From Rhizobiaceae bacterium (GTDB lineage: Bacteria > Pseudomonadota > Alphaproteobacteria > Rhizobiales > Rhizobiaceae): a stretch of DNA of 41,385 bases. Shown piece after piece: positions 9,958 through 19,402 of the stretch. The stretch is from positions 1 through 41,385 of the forward strand of contig JAEPMD010000028.1 in NCBI GenBank assembly GCA_017644105.1, given 5' to 3'. Within the stretch, counting starts at the first letter, position 1. Each line of letters opens with the position of its first letter. The notes beneath the pieces are model-generated. The model was not told the origin of the DNA and searched no databases. It saw nothing but the letters and a program-made list of their open reading frames with translations. A program made the translations under genes and the position numbers.

Positions 9958-11256
9958 ATGTCTGCAACTGAAAATCTATCTAAAGGCCCGCCAAAAGGCT
10001 TCGGGGCACTGGCGAAGCGCGAGCAACGTTTGGCATATCTGATGCTGTTGCCGACATTTTTGATTGTCTTGAGCATCGTGCTTGGCCCATTATTGGCAAA
10101 CTTCTGGATCAGCTTCAAGCCAGTGCAACTTGCCGATTTGCGCGCTGCCACCACGCTGGTCAATGAGCAATTAAGACCGCGACCCAAAGCAGCGGGTGAT
10201 GAAGTCATCATGCGCTATCGCGTTCGTAACTCCTCTCAAAAAGATCCAATTGCAAATGTAACGCTCGCGGATACAGTCCCTGTGGGGCTAATTTTGCAGC
10301 TCAGTGACGAACGTTGCTCTCTGGATGGGCGTGCGCTGAGCTGTGATTTTGGTACGATTGAGCCGGGTGGCAGATTTAATTTAGATATTCCCACCACGGT
10401 TGAACAGGCTTATTTGGATAATGGCGAAAGACCACGCGATAGCAAAGCGGTTCTAACGGGTGAGTCTAGAAACGTGCTTACCTCGCTTGAATTCACATGG
10501 GAAAATTTTGATAAGGTCTTCTCCTCCTCAGAGTTCTGGTCGGTTCTAAGGGTTTCCCTTTATTACACGATTTTCGGAACTTTGGGGGCTCTGGTTCTCG
10601 GTCTATTTGCCGCGCAATTGCTCAATACCGCCTTTAAAGGTCGAGCAATCTTACGTGGCTTGTTCTTATTCCCTTATGTCGCGCCTGTGATCGCGGTTGC
10701 CTTCGCTTGGGTACTTTTATTAGACGCAGGTCCTGGCGGCACATTTAACGCCATGCTCATTCGCATGGGCGCAATTGATGGTCCGATCAACTTCCTTGGA
10801 CAGCGCGCTATTCCGATGTCGATTTTGGGGTTGGAATTTGAATTTCCGATGGCGCTAACAACAGTGATCACCTTCGAGGCATGGCGCTATTTCCCATTGT
10901 CGTTCTTGTTCATTTTGGCACGCATGCAGTCCATCTCAACTGACATGTATGAAGCAGCTGAGATTGATGGCGCAACACCATTGCAGCAATTCTGGTATCT
11001 ATCATTACCACAGCTCTTAGGCATTTTGTCGGTGTTATTCCTCTTAAGGTTCATTTGGACATTTAACAAATTTGACGACATTTTCCTTCTCACAGGAGGT
11101 GCGGCGGGCACCCGAACTCTAACGGTGGATGTGTATGAACAGGCATTTGCTGTGTCCAATTTGGGCGCAGGTGCAGCGGTCGCGGTGGTCGTGTTCTTTG
11201 TACTTCTGTTCTTCGCACTCATCTTCTTTAAATTTTCACCACAGGATGACGGCTAA
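9958..11256 (+). CDS. ABC transporter permease (MalF/UgpA-like) with a ~130-aa DUF11-like Ig-fold insertion in the first periplasmic loop
   Basis: 432 aa against ~290 typical. EAA-loop region present (AAEIDGATPLQQFWYLSLP). The insert ANVTLADTVPVGLILQLSDERCSLDGRALSCDFGTIEPGGRFNLDIP matches the DUF11/'conserved repeat domain' consensus. Confidence 0.85.
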   Translation: MSATENLSKGPPKGFGALAKREQRLAYLMLLPTFLIVLSIVLGPLLANFWISFKPVQLADLRAATTLVNEQLRPRPKAAGDEVIMRYRVRNSSQKDPIANVTLADTVPVGLILQLSDERCSLDGRALSCDFGTIEPGGRFNLDIPTTVEQAYLDNGERPRDSKAVLTGESRNVLTSLEFTWENFDKVFSSSEFWSVLRVSLYYTIFGTLGALVLGLFAAQLLNTAFKGRAILRGLFLFPYVAPVIAVAFAWVLLLDAGPGGTFNAMLIRMGAIDGPINFLGQRAIPMSILGLEFEFPMALTTVITFEAWRYFPLSFLFILARMQSISTDMYEAAEIDGATPLQQFWYLSLPQLLGILSVLFLLRFIWTFNKFDDIFLLTGGAAGTRTLTVDVYEQAFAVSNLGAGAAVAVVVFFVLLFFALIFFKFSPQDDG

Positions 11257-12512
11257 TGAAGATCGGAACAATTACATTTTCTGCAGCAATTATTGGTGCA
11301 ATCTGGGGTGCAGTCTGGATGATCGTCATCGGCATTTTGCTGATGTTGGTTTCAGGGATCACAGCATCGCCACCTGCTGGCACCGCGCTAATTGTCGGCC
11401 TGATAGCTGGGTTATCATTCATCCTTTTACCGATAGAAAAACGAACGACCAATCTGTTTGCTATTTTGGGCGTAGGCGTTGCGGTTCTTTTATTTGCGCT
11501 CACCGGCGGACAAGTCTTTGGTGCGTCTTTCTCCGATGGCATGCTTTATCAGATTTTAGCATGGGCCATCTGGACAGCTCTGGTGGTTTTGTCGATCAAG
11601 ATGTGTTTGCATGATTATGCATCTGGTTCCGCAAAGAGATATCGCATGGAGCTCTTGCTCATCCGCGTTCTTAAAGGCCTGGCCTTTGTACTGTTTACGA
11701 TCGTCGTGATCCTGCCCTTTTATGTGATGTTGATGACAAGCCTTAAAAGCCAGCAATCCTTGCTGTCCAACCCGCTTGATTTTTCAATTAACCTATCTCA
11801 GGGACCTGAGCTCCTATTCCGCTCCTATATTGAATTATTCACACAATATCATTTTGGAACATTCCTCTTAAACTCAGCACTTGTGTCTGTCGCAACTGTG
11901 TTCATCACGCTATTATTTGCTGTGCCTGGTGCTTATGCTGTTGCGCGGTTGCGCTTTCCAGGACAAGTCTTTTTATCACGCTCGATCCTGTTGATTTATA
12001 TGGTGCCTGCGATTGTCTTGGTGATCCCACTTTATGCAGTCTTCTCGCAAGCTGGCCTTCGTAACTCGCTCACAGGATTGCTCATCGTTTATCCGGCGAC
12101 CACGATTCCGGTCGCGCTTTATATGCTGCAAGGATATTTCAGAGGATTGCCGGGCGAGTTAGAAGAAGCGGGTCTTATGGATGGTCTTTCACGCGTTGGC
12201 GTGATCGCTAAGATCACCATGCCGCTGTCATTGCCAGCCTTAGCATCCGTTGCGCTTTATGTCTTTATGATTGCGTGGAACGAGTTCTTATTTATGATTG
12301 CGTGGAACGAGTTCTTATTTGCCTTTATGTTCCTCGATGATCTCGACATGTTTACGCTCTCGCGCGGGGTTGTGTCGCTGAATTCGTCTGAAGTACCGCG
12401 ACAACATCTCATGGCGGGTGCTGTGGTCGCCACCGTTCCGGTATTGGCAATTTTCCTTTGGTTTGAAAAGTTCTTAGTTGCAGGCCTCACCGCCGGCAGT
12501 GTGAAAGGTTAA
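11256..12512 (+). CDS. ABC transporter permease (MalG/UgpE-like) with ~125-aa N-terminal extension (about 4 extra TM helices) and an internal 9-aa tandem duplication
   Basis: 418 aa against ~280 typical. The canonical core starts near MELLLIRVLKGLAFVLFTIVVILPFYVMLMTSLK. The extension is stop-free and hydrophobic. The start overlaps the upstream stop (TAATG). Confidence 0.8.
   Translation: MKIGTITFSAAIIGAIWGAVWMIVIGILLMLVSGITASPPAGTALIVGLIAGLSFILLPIEKRTTNLFAILGVGVAVLLFALTGGQVFGASFSDGMLYQILAWAIWTALVVLSIKMCLHDYASGSAKRYRMELLLIRVLKGLAFVLFTIVVILPFYVMLMTSLKSQQSLLSNPLDFSINLSQGPELLFRSYIELFTQYHFGTFLLNSALVSVATVFITLLFAVPGAYAVARLRFPGQVFLSRSILLIYMVPAIVLVIPLYAVFSQAGLRNSLTGLLIVYPATTIPVALYMLQGYFRGLPGELEEAGLMDGLSRVGVIAKITMPLSLPALASVALYVFMIAWNEFLFMIAWNEFLFAFMFLDDLDMFTLSRGVVSLNSSEVPRQHLMAGAVVATVPVLAIFLWFEKFLVAGLTAGSVKG
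12267..12320 (+). repeat. perfect 27-bp tandem duplication (atgattgcgtggaacgagttcttattt x2) inside permease gene
   Basis: Direct reading: units at 12267-12293 and 12294-12320 are identical. They encode MIAWNEFLF twice, in frame. Confidence 0.95.
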
Positions 12513-12515
12513 GTC

Positions 12516-13802
12516 ATGAGTTCGAATTTAGATGAACTTGCTGTCGAAGTGTTGCGTACAAATGATCGCGGTGGTTATACCGTTCCCACAGCTCGTTTAT
12601 ATCCGTATCAATGGAATTGGGATTCAGCCTTTATCGCGCTGGGCTTAGCGACCTTTGATCGGAAACGCGCTTGGCAGGAACTTGAATATCTGTTTGATGG
12701 TCAATGGGACAATGGTATGGTTCCATCGATTATTTTCCGGCGCAATGATCCGGATTATTTTCCCGGTCCCGAGACATGGCAATGCAATGATTGCAAGGTG
12801 CTTTCAACCGGCATTTCCCAGCCACCAGTTGCAGCTTCTGTCGCCAAATCGCTGGTAGAGAGTGGGACCCAGTTTGACCGTGATTATGCCGAGAAACTGT
12901 TTGACGCTTTTTACGGCTGGCACAAATGGTATCACGAAGAGCGCAAGCCTGATAATTGTCCGATTGTGGCAACAGTTCACCCATGGGAAACTGGGCGCGA
13001 CAATTGCCCGGATTGGGAACTTGGCTTGAATAATATGAGCGTTGATCCAGATCTTGAAGCATATACACGCATGGATACCGTTCATGCGGATGCCAATGAA
13101 CGGCCCAGCAAAGAGCAATATGATAAATATCTCACCATTGTAAAATTTGGCCGCGATCATAATTGGGATCAAAAGACGCTGACCAATGAAGGGCCATTTT
13201 TAATGGCCGATCCTTGTATCCATTTTATCCTGCTCCGTGCGGATCGCGACTTATTATGGCTGGCGCAGCAATTTGGCAAGACAGACTATATCAAAGAAAT
13301 CGAAACCTGGATTGCGGACGCTGAGAAAGGGTCTGAATATCTATGGAACCCGAAAATCAAGGCCTATTGCGCGCGCGATGTGAAAACCGGTGAGTTCTCG
13401 GATGGCTTTTCAAATGCCAGCGCACTTGCGTTTTATGCTGGTGTTGGCTCAGAAGAACAGATGTCTGACACGATTGCCAACATGCAACGTGTCCAAGAAA
13501 AAGTTAAATTCATGATCCCAAGCTGGGATCCGGATGCGCCAGATTTTGAACCGCAGCGCTATTGGTGTGGTCCAGTTTGGCCGCAAATGAATTACATGAT
13601 CTCGCTCGGTTTGAAAGAGCAGGGATTTGATCGAATGGCAGAAAGAATTAGATCTGATTACGCAGCGGTAATCGAACAATCTGGTTTTTATGAATGCTTT
13701 AATTCCGTAACAGGTGAAGGTTGCATCGGAAGACAATTTTCGTGGACAGCCGCTTTGTGGCTAGCATGGATTTCACCAAGTAAGAACGCCATCGCGGCAT
13801 AG
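12516..13802 (+). CDS. GH63-like (alpha/alpha)6 glycoside hydrolase, candidate glucosyl-/mannosyl-glycerate-type hydrolase
   Basis: 428 aa cytoplasmic protein. Motifs YPYQWNWDSAFIALGL and WCGPVWPQMNYM resemble MGH/GgH-type GH63 enzymes. It is embedded between the permease and ATPase genes of the ABC operon. Confidence 0.55.
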   Translation: MSSNLDELAVEVLRTNDRGGYTVPTARLYPYQWNWDSAFIALGLATFDRKRAWQELEYLFDGQWDNGMVPSIIFRRNDPDYFPGPETWQCNDCKVLSTGISQPPVAASVAKSLVESGTQFDRDYAEKLFDAFYGWHKWYHEERKPDNCPIVATVHPWETGRDNCPDWELGLNNMSVDPDLEAYTRMDTVHADANERPSKEQYDKYLTIVKFGRDHNWDQKTLTNEGPFLMADPCIHFILLRADRDLLWLAQQFGKTDYIKEIETWIADAEKGSEYLWNPKIKAYCARDVKTGEFSDGFSNASALAFYAGVGSEEQMSDTIANMQRVQEKVKFMIPSWDPDAPDFEPQRYWCGPVWPQMNYMISLGLKEQGFDRMAERIRSDYAAVIEQSGFYECFNSVTGEGCIGRQFSWTAALWLAWISPSKNAIAA

Positions 13803-13810
13803 GAGATACC

Positions 13811-14869
13811 ATGGGATCTATTCGTTTAGATGCAGTTGAAAAATGGTTTGGTAACCTGCAGGTCATCAAAGGCATTGATCTTGAAATCAACAATGGCGAA
13901 TTTGTCATTTTTGTCGGACCATCAGGCTGCGGGAAATCAACATTATTGCGCATGATTGCCGGTCTGGAAGAAACCAGTCGTGGTAAAATCTTGCTTGATG
14001 AAAACGACGTGACCGATCGCGTACCAAGCGAACGTGGCCTTTCAATGGTGTTTCAATCCTATGCGCTTTATCCGCATATGAGTGTGCGCGAAAATGTTGG
14101 CTTTGGTTTAAAAACAGCCGGCGCACCAAAATCGGAAATTGACGAAAAGGTCAATCACGCTGCAGAAATTCTCGAGCTTGGCGCTTATCTGGATCGCAAG
14201 CCAAAAGCACTTTCTGGTGGCCAAAGACAGCGTGTTGCCATTGGCCGCGCGATTGTTAGAGAACCAAAAGGCTTTTTGTTTGACGAACCGCTTTCAAACT
14301 TGGATGCGGCATTGCGTGTGCAGATGCGTTTTGAAATTGCCAAGCTGCATGACACGCTAAAAACAACCATGATCTATGTGACCCACGACCAAGTGGAAGC
14401 AATGACGCTCGCTGACAAAATCGTCGTTCTAAAAGACGGTTTGATTATGCAAGTCGGTTCCCCGCGTGAGCTTTATGAACGGCCTGATAATCTATTTGTC
14501 GCGCAATTTATCGGAAGTCCGAAAATGAATGTCATGCCGTGCAGCGCTGACGGTGCGAAATTTAAGTTGCCCGGACAGGGAAGCGCAGCTCACGGTTTGA
14601 GCGGAGATGTCTCCAATCTTGATAAGCTCGGTGTAAGACCAGAACATATTAAGCTTGGCGATAAAAAAGGTGCACATTGTTCGGGCATGGTTGAAGTCGC
14701 TGAATATTTAGGTTCCGACACCTTCCTTTACATCAACGCCGGTGAGCTTGGCACCATTGTTGTGCGCACCAATGATGTGGGCGCTGAGATCAAAGGACAG
14801 GAAGTGCATTTGCATTTTGATCCGGATCGGCTTTATTTCTTCGGCTCGGACGAGCAAGTAATCAGATAA
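13811..14869 (+). CDS. ABC transporter ATP-binding protein (MalK/UgpC type)
   Basis: Walker A GPSGCGKST, signature LSGGQRQR, Walker B LFDEPLSNLD, and a C-terminal regulatory/TOBE-like domain. Confidence 0.9.
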   Translation: MGSIRLDAVEKWFGNLQVIKGIDLEINNGEFVIFVGPSGCGKSTLLRMIAGLEETSRGKILLDENDVTDRVPSERGLSMVFQSYALYPHMSVRENVGFGLKTAGAPKSEIDEKVNHAAEILELGAYLDRKPKALSGGQRQRVAIGRAIVREPKGFLFDEPLSNLDAALRVQMRFEIAKLHDTLKTTMIYVTHDQVEAMTLADKIVVLKDGLIMQVGSPRELYERPDNLFVAQFIGSPKMNVMPCSADGAKFKLPGQGSAAHGLSGDVSNLDKLGVRPEHIKLGDKKGAHCSGMVEVAEYLGSDTFLYINAGELGTIVVRTNDVGAEIKGQEVHLHFDPDRLYFFGSDEQVIR

Positions 14870-14870
14870 A

Positions 14871-14910
14871 AAAGCATTGCGCCCAAACGGGCGCAATCAT
14901 TCTTTTCTCG
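14871..14910. terminator. bidirectional rho-independent terminator
   Basis: AAAA-ATTGCGCCC-aaac-GGGCGCAAT-cattcTTTTCTC: a 9-bp GC-rich stem flanked by an A-run and a T-run, between convergent genes. Confidence 0.75.
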
Positions 14911-14938
14911 ATCAATATTTCAGATTATTTCGTATTCG

Positions 14939-16030
14939 TTACAAATAAGCTGGCACACAAACTTTGCCGTCAAATAGCTTTCGCGATGTGCGCAATAATC
15001 CAGCTGAACGCAAATCAAAGCCTTGCTGACCGACATCATAATCAAAGATCACATCAATTGATCCTGTGGGGTGTTCGATATTGATCTTAACCGGATTTCC
15101 TTTAGGGATTTGTGCTAACCCTTGCGCGACTGTGCCATCCGCCAATAGACAAGAACCCGTACATATTGAACCCGTTACGGCAAAGGCCGGATGCGCTGTC
15201 CAGGGCATAAAATAACGCGCGGCGACCGCACCGCCATCCCTCGGCTCAGCAAATAAGCCAAATTTGGGAACCACAGATTTTGACACATCGCCCAAACCCA
15301 TTTGCTCACCTGCCTTGATGCGAAGCGGTTCAATCATTTCAAATAATTTCTTATTTGCATCGAGCTCCTCACGGCTTTCATAACCGGTAATGCCAAAATC
15401 AGCGGCGCGGCCAATCACCATAGGCATAGCAACATCAATACAGGTGAGCTCAATACCATCGATCACATCTATCGAATTGCCTGTTGGGAATAATTGTCCG
15501 GTTTTCGATCCCACAACATCCTTAAAGTTTAACACAATGGGAGCTGCGGTCCCGGGCACGCCATTAACGCTCGCCTCGCCCTGATAATTCACATGTGCGT
15601 CTTCATTGTTCGACGGCGTTTCAACAATGGCTTCAACGCGCGCACCTGTATTGGTGCTTAAGATCTTAACCGCCGTTGTCTCACCTTGAATGGGCATGAG
15701 ACCAAGCTCAATCGCAGCTGGTCCAACGCCCGCTAAAATATTGCCGCAAGTCGGCGCGTAATCGACAAGCTTTTCTTCAACAGACACTTGCGCAAAAAAG
15801 TAATCGATGTCTGCCCATTCGTCATCAGATGGAGATAGCATGGCAACTTTGGTTGTGACCGCATTGCCACCACCAATACCATCAATATTCAGCGAATGAC
15901 CGGCACCTACGGCTGCAATTAAAACTTCTGACAATTCATCTAAATCTTCGGGCAGATCTTTACGATTAAAATATGGTCCTTTGGATGTGCCACCGCGCAT
16001 GAGGACACAAGGGATTTCACGTTGCTTCAT
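14939..16030 (-). CDS. prpF: PrpF/AcnD-accessory family isomerase (2-methylaconitate / aconitate isomerase-like)
   Basis: PrpF hallmark N-terminus IPCVLMRGGTSKGPYF and ~363 aa length. Start placed at MKQ (16030); the 16054 alternative would overlap the tctA stop by 22 nt. Confidence 0.75.
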   Translation of the reverse strand: MKQREIPCVLMRGGTSKGPYFNRKDLPEDLDELSEVLIAAVGAGHSLNIDGIGGGNAVTTKVAMLSPSDDEWADIDYFFAQVSVEEKLVDYAPTCGNILAGVGPAAIELGLMPIQGETTAVKILSTNTGARVEAIVETPSNNEDAHVNYQGEASVNGVPGTAAPIVLNFKDVVGSKTGQLFPTGNSIDVIDGIELTCIDVAMPMVIGRAADFGITGYESREELDANKKLFEMIEPLRIKAGEQMGLGDVSKSVVPKFGLFAEPRDGGAVAARYFMPWTAHPAFAVTGSICTGSCLLADGTVAQGLAQIPKGNPVKINIEHPTGSIDVIFDYDVGQQGFDLRSAGLLRTSRKLFDGKVCVPAYL

Positions 16031-16032
16031 GA

Positions 16033-18069
16033 TTAAGCACCCCCTAATGGCCATGGCAATTCAACATAGTCTTGCAGAAGACCCGGAGGAAAATCGCGAT
16101 TTAAAGTCCAAGCCATAAAGCAAATGAAAGCAATGCCAATTGCCGTTAGAATTGCAGACTTACTCCAGTTTTCACCAGCACGAATTCTAAAGAAGCTAAT
16201 GAGGAAGATTGCCAGCGCGATGATGAACCCAAACAAGCCACTTAGAATAAGTAAGCCGGCAAACCATGCGAGCGTTGGCCATAGACCATGGGCTGCATCT
16301 GCATCATCACCATCAGCCTCGCGATCCGCAAAGACCATATCCGTTTCCGGTTGTCTGATCATGCGCACAAGCAGAACGAGACAGCAGATGATCGCCACGA
16401 TTGAGACAACCATCGGGATGATTTTATCGCCCATCAAGCGGTCACTGATTTGCGAGGCATTCCAATAAGTCACGATGAAATAGCCCATGATGAGGCTGAG
16501 GAAAATAAACGGCGCACGTTTGGAACCGTATTTGACATCACCTTCTGCAAGGATCGATTTAGCCTGACGAATGCCAACGGCAACTGAGACAACCGTGATG
16601 ACCAATAGGATCAACACAATTGGGCTGAAGATGTATTCAAGCCCTGCTTCCATGCTTTCGCGGAAACGAAAACGCGCAATCTGAAACGCCTGATTGGTAA
16701 ATTTCTCAACTGGGTTCGACAAAACAAACCCGATAAGGAAAGCTGGGCGTGACCAGTCAAACCGGCGGAGGAATATGCCCAACAATCCTATACCAAACAA
16801 TGCGACGAGATCGGCGAAATTTTGCCCAGATTGAAATGCTGCAAACGAGATGAGCATGAACAAAAATGGCGCCAGCAAGGTAAATCGAATTGTCGTGAGT
16901 TTTGCGATCATGCCAGACGAGGCAATGCACATAACTGTGCCCACTACATTGGCAAGCGCCAGCAGCCAAACAATTGAATAGGTGAAGTTGAGATTGTCCT
17001 TGAGCATAGACGGGCCAACTTCAATGGAACCTGAACCTAACAGCGCAACAGCGCCGATAAAGATCGCCATGGAACCAGAACCTGGAATGCCGAATAAAAG
17101 CGTTGGGACAAGACCGCCACCTTCTTTGGCATTATTTGAGCTTTCAGGCCCGATTACTCCGCGGACTTCGCCATTACCAAATTTCGATTTGTCTTTGGTG
17201 GTTTGCACCGAATGACCATAGGCGATCCAATCGACCACTGAGCCACCCAGTCCGGGAATAATGCCCACAACAACACCAATGATTGAGCAACGGACCGAAA
17301 GCCAGATATTGGCCCACCAATCTTTCACACCTTCAAACCAACCTGCTCCAAGGGTGGCTGATTTCGAGATGGCACGATCCTGTCTTAGAAGCGAAATAAT
17401 TTCGGGAATCGCAAAAATCCCTAAACCCACGATAACCAATTTCAAGCCATCAGTTAGATAGGGGATATCATAGCTGGCCATACGCAGACTTCCGCCCGCA
17501 TCGGCTTCACCAATCGTGCCAACAGCCAGACCAAGGCCCGCAGCAGCAATTCCTTTAATTGCGACGCGCCCCGCAAGGATTGCCACCATGGAAAGGCCCA
17601 AAATGGTGATCATCAACATTTCGGGTAGGCCAAATGACAATACGATCGGTCGCGCAACCAGAATAAAGACTGTTAGAAACGATGCGCCAATTAAGCCACC
17701 AAATAAAGAGGATGCAAAGGCGGCAGACAAAGCGCGTGCTGCTTCACCGTTTTTTGCCATAGGAAACCCATCCAGCACGGTCGCTTGCGAGGCTGATGAA
17801 CCGGGAATGCCCATCAAAACAGAGGCAAACGTATCTGAGGTTGGCACAACAGCGACCATACCGATCATCAATGCGAGGCCCAAAATTGGGTCCATGCCAA
17901 ACATAAAAGGCAACAGAAGAGATAGACCTGCAATGCCGCCCAAACCGGGGAACACGCCAATACATAAACCCATCACCACGCCAAGGACGAGATATCCAAG
18001 CACGATGGGTTGAAGTATAAGCGCAAATGCGTCGCCAAGGGCTGGTAACGCCTGAGTAAAGACGTCCAT
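16033..18069 (-). CDS. tctA: tripartite tricarboxylate transporter large permease TctA with a ~180-aa C-terminal 4-TM extension (TctB-like fusion)
   Basis: Start at MDVFTQALPALGDAF, preceded by GGAGG. The TctA core ends near LRRFDWSRPAFLIGFVLSNPVEKF. A further ~180 aa with ~4 hydrophobic helices follows, whereas typical TctA is ~500 aa. Confidence 0.75.
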   Translation of the reverse strand: MDVFTQALPALGDAFALILQPIVLGYLVLGVVMGLCIGVFPGLGGIAGLSLLLPFMFGMDPILGLALMIGMVAVVPTSDTFASVLMGIPGSSASQATVLDGFPMAKNGEAARALSAAFASSLFGGLIGASFLTVFILVARPIVLSFGLPEMLMITILGLSMVAILAGRVAIKGIAAAGLGLAVGTIGEADAGGSLRMASYDIPYLTDGLKLVIVGLGIFAIPEIISLLRQDRAISKSATLGAGWFEGVKDWWANIWLSVRCSIIGVVVGIIPGLGGSVVDWIAYGHSVQTTKDKSKFGNGEVRGVIGPESSNNAKEGGGLVPTLLFGIPGSGSMAIFIGAVALLGSGSIEVGPSMLKDNLNFTYSIVWLLALANVVGTVMCIASSGMIAKLTTIRFTLLAPFLFMLISFAAFQSGQNFADLVALFGIGLLGIFLRRFDWSRPAFLIGFVLSNPVEKFTNQAFQIARFRFRESMEAGLEYIFSPIVLILLVITVVSVAVGIRQAKSILAEGDVKYGSKRAPFIFLSLIMGYFIVTYWNASQISDRLMGDKIIPMVVSIVAIICCLVLLVRMIRQPETDMVFADREADGDDADAAHGLWPTLAWFAGLLILSGLFGFIIALAIFLISFFRIRAGENWSKSAILTAIGIAFICFMAWTLNRDFPPGLLQDYVELPWPLGGA

Positions 18070-18094
18070 AACAACCTCCAATAAAGCAGAATGT

Positions 18095-18137
18095 AAATTA
18101 CAAAATCGGCCCCGCTGAAATCAGGAACAACGGGGCC
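18095..18137 (-). terminator. intercistronic hairpin (GGCCCCG-N16-CGGGGCC) + U-rich tail between tctC and tctA
   Basis: On the minus strand, a 7-bp GC stem followed by GATTTTGTAATTT. Likely a partial terminator setting the solute-binding-protein:permease ratio. Confidence 0.45.
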
Positions 18138-18151
18138 TGAATTGTGAGCTG

Positions 18152-19237
18152 TTAGTTCAGCTCAACACCATAGGCATCTTTCAGCCAAGTGGTGACAAAG
18201 GCCTTGGCTGAATCCGGCACAGTTGTTGCCACACCAAGCGCTTGGGCTGCTTCCGCACCCACATACATTGGATATTTACCAACGCGTTTTGCTGAGATCT
18301 CTGCAAAATCAGGACGGGCTTTCACGGCTGCAAATGCAGTCACAAATGCATCAATCACGGCTTGATCCGTACCTGCAGGCAGGAAGGCGATTTTCTGTGA
18401 TGGGAAACCTGCCACAAAGAAGGCTTTCCACGCATCCCATGCTTCACCTGAAGTTTCGCAGCCATCTGTAGCTTCGCAAACTTCTTTAAATGTTGGCATA
18501 TCCGGGAATGTCGGATCACGAACGATGTTGCCGTCGCTATCCAGTGAACCCCAGGACATCATTGGAACAGCTGTACCTGCTTCAACAAGCGGCATAGAGC
18601 CACCGAGATAGCCAGATGTTGTTTGATAATCGATATTGGCTTCGCCACGCTCGAACATCAGGCGGCCATCACCGCGACCTTTGATACCAAAGACCGGCTC
18701 AACATTCATGCCAAGCATCTGCCAAGCAAGAAGTGGCACAAGGTCAAGACGTGTTGCGCCTTGTGAGCCATAGATGAAGTTCATGTCTTTTAGACCATTG
18801 GCCGAACCATCAAATTTTGCCCCGGCTTCCGCATTTAAATACGCAACACCACCGGTTCCCGTTGCCATAACAGGGTTCCAGTCTTTGTACTCATATTTTA
18901 CACGTGGATCACCCAACAAATAAGGAAATTGAGTTGAACCCGATGAGCCGAACATCACTGTTCCGTCGCCATCTTTTTGCTGTTGGAACCAGTTCGCACC
19001 TTTGGTTGAACCTGCACCCGGCATGAACTTTACAACAACTGTTGGTGCACCAGGTAGCGCTTCTGAAAGTAATGGAGCAAAGAAGTTTGCCCATTTAGCA
19101 GAACCGCCAGTTTCAGAAAATGGAATGGTCCATTCAATAGTTTTGCCTGACATATCCATAGCGTTTGCAGATGTTGCCATTGAAAGCGCAATCGCAGCCG
19201 CAGACGCAGTCAGAGCGAATTTAGATAGAGTTTTCAT
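18152..19237 (-). CDS. tctC: tripartite tricarboxylate transporter substrate-binding protein (TctC/Bug family)
   Basis: Start at MKTLSKF, preceded by GGAGGA. Signal peptide ...ATSANA. Bug-family PF..GG motif (IPFSETGGSAKWANFF). Confidence 0.7.
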   Translation of the reverse strand: MKTLSKFALTASAAAIALSMATSANAMDMSGKTIEWTIPFSETGGSAKWANFFAPLLSEALPGAPTVVVKFMPGAGSTKGANWFQQQKDGDGTVMFGSSGSTQFPYLLGDPRVKYEYKDWNPVMATGTGGVAYLNAEAGAKFDGSANGLKDMNFIYGSQGATRLDLVPLLAWQMLGMNVEPVFGIKGRGDGRLMFERGEANIDYQTTSGYLGGSMPLVEAGTAVPMMSWGSLDSDGNIVRDPTFPDMPTFKEVCEATDGCETSGEAWDAWKAFFVAGFPSQKIAFLPAGTDQAVIDAFVTAFAAVKARPDFAEISAKRVGKYPMYVGAEAAQALGVATTVPDSAKAFVTTWLKDAYGVELN

Positions 19238-19357
19238 ATATTCCTCCCAAGAATTAATCTCTACGGCAAACGCAAAGGCGCAATGAACCGCAGGCAACGT
19301 GTATTTCTCCCAAATACTATGTTGACAAATGTAGGAGTAAATGGCGAACCTTTCATC

Positions 19358-19372
19358 CAGCTTTCAAATTGA
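19358..19372. promoter_or_regulatory. perfect 15-bp palindrome CTTTCAAaTTGAAAG followed by T6, 30 nt upstream of tctD start
   Basis: Read directly from the sequence. It could be an operator or a weak terminator. Function not established. Confidence 0.3.
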
Positions 19373-19402
19373 AAGTTTTTTAAATTGGGCATTGGGAACA
19401 CG

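Noticed and set aside
12655-13172. antisense ORFs 12730..13068(-) and 12804..13172(-) within the GH63-like gene
   Set aside because: They are fully embedded antisense to a well-supported CDS and have no homology. Shadow ORFs.
16031-19297. longer N-terminal extensions given by the ORF track (PrpF from 16054, TctA from 18081, TctC from 19297, TctD from 19385 TTG, SBP from 8544)
   Set aside because: Internal ATGs with proper Shine-Dalgarno sequences and canonical family N-termini (RGGTSKG box, MDVF..., lipoprotein/secretory signal, MRIAVVEDN, MKSLKLL) fit better. The extensions would overlap neighbours or precede the RBS.
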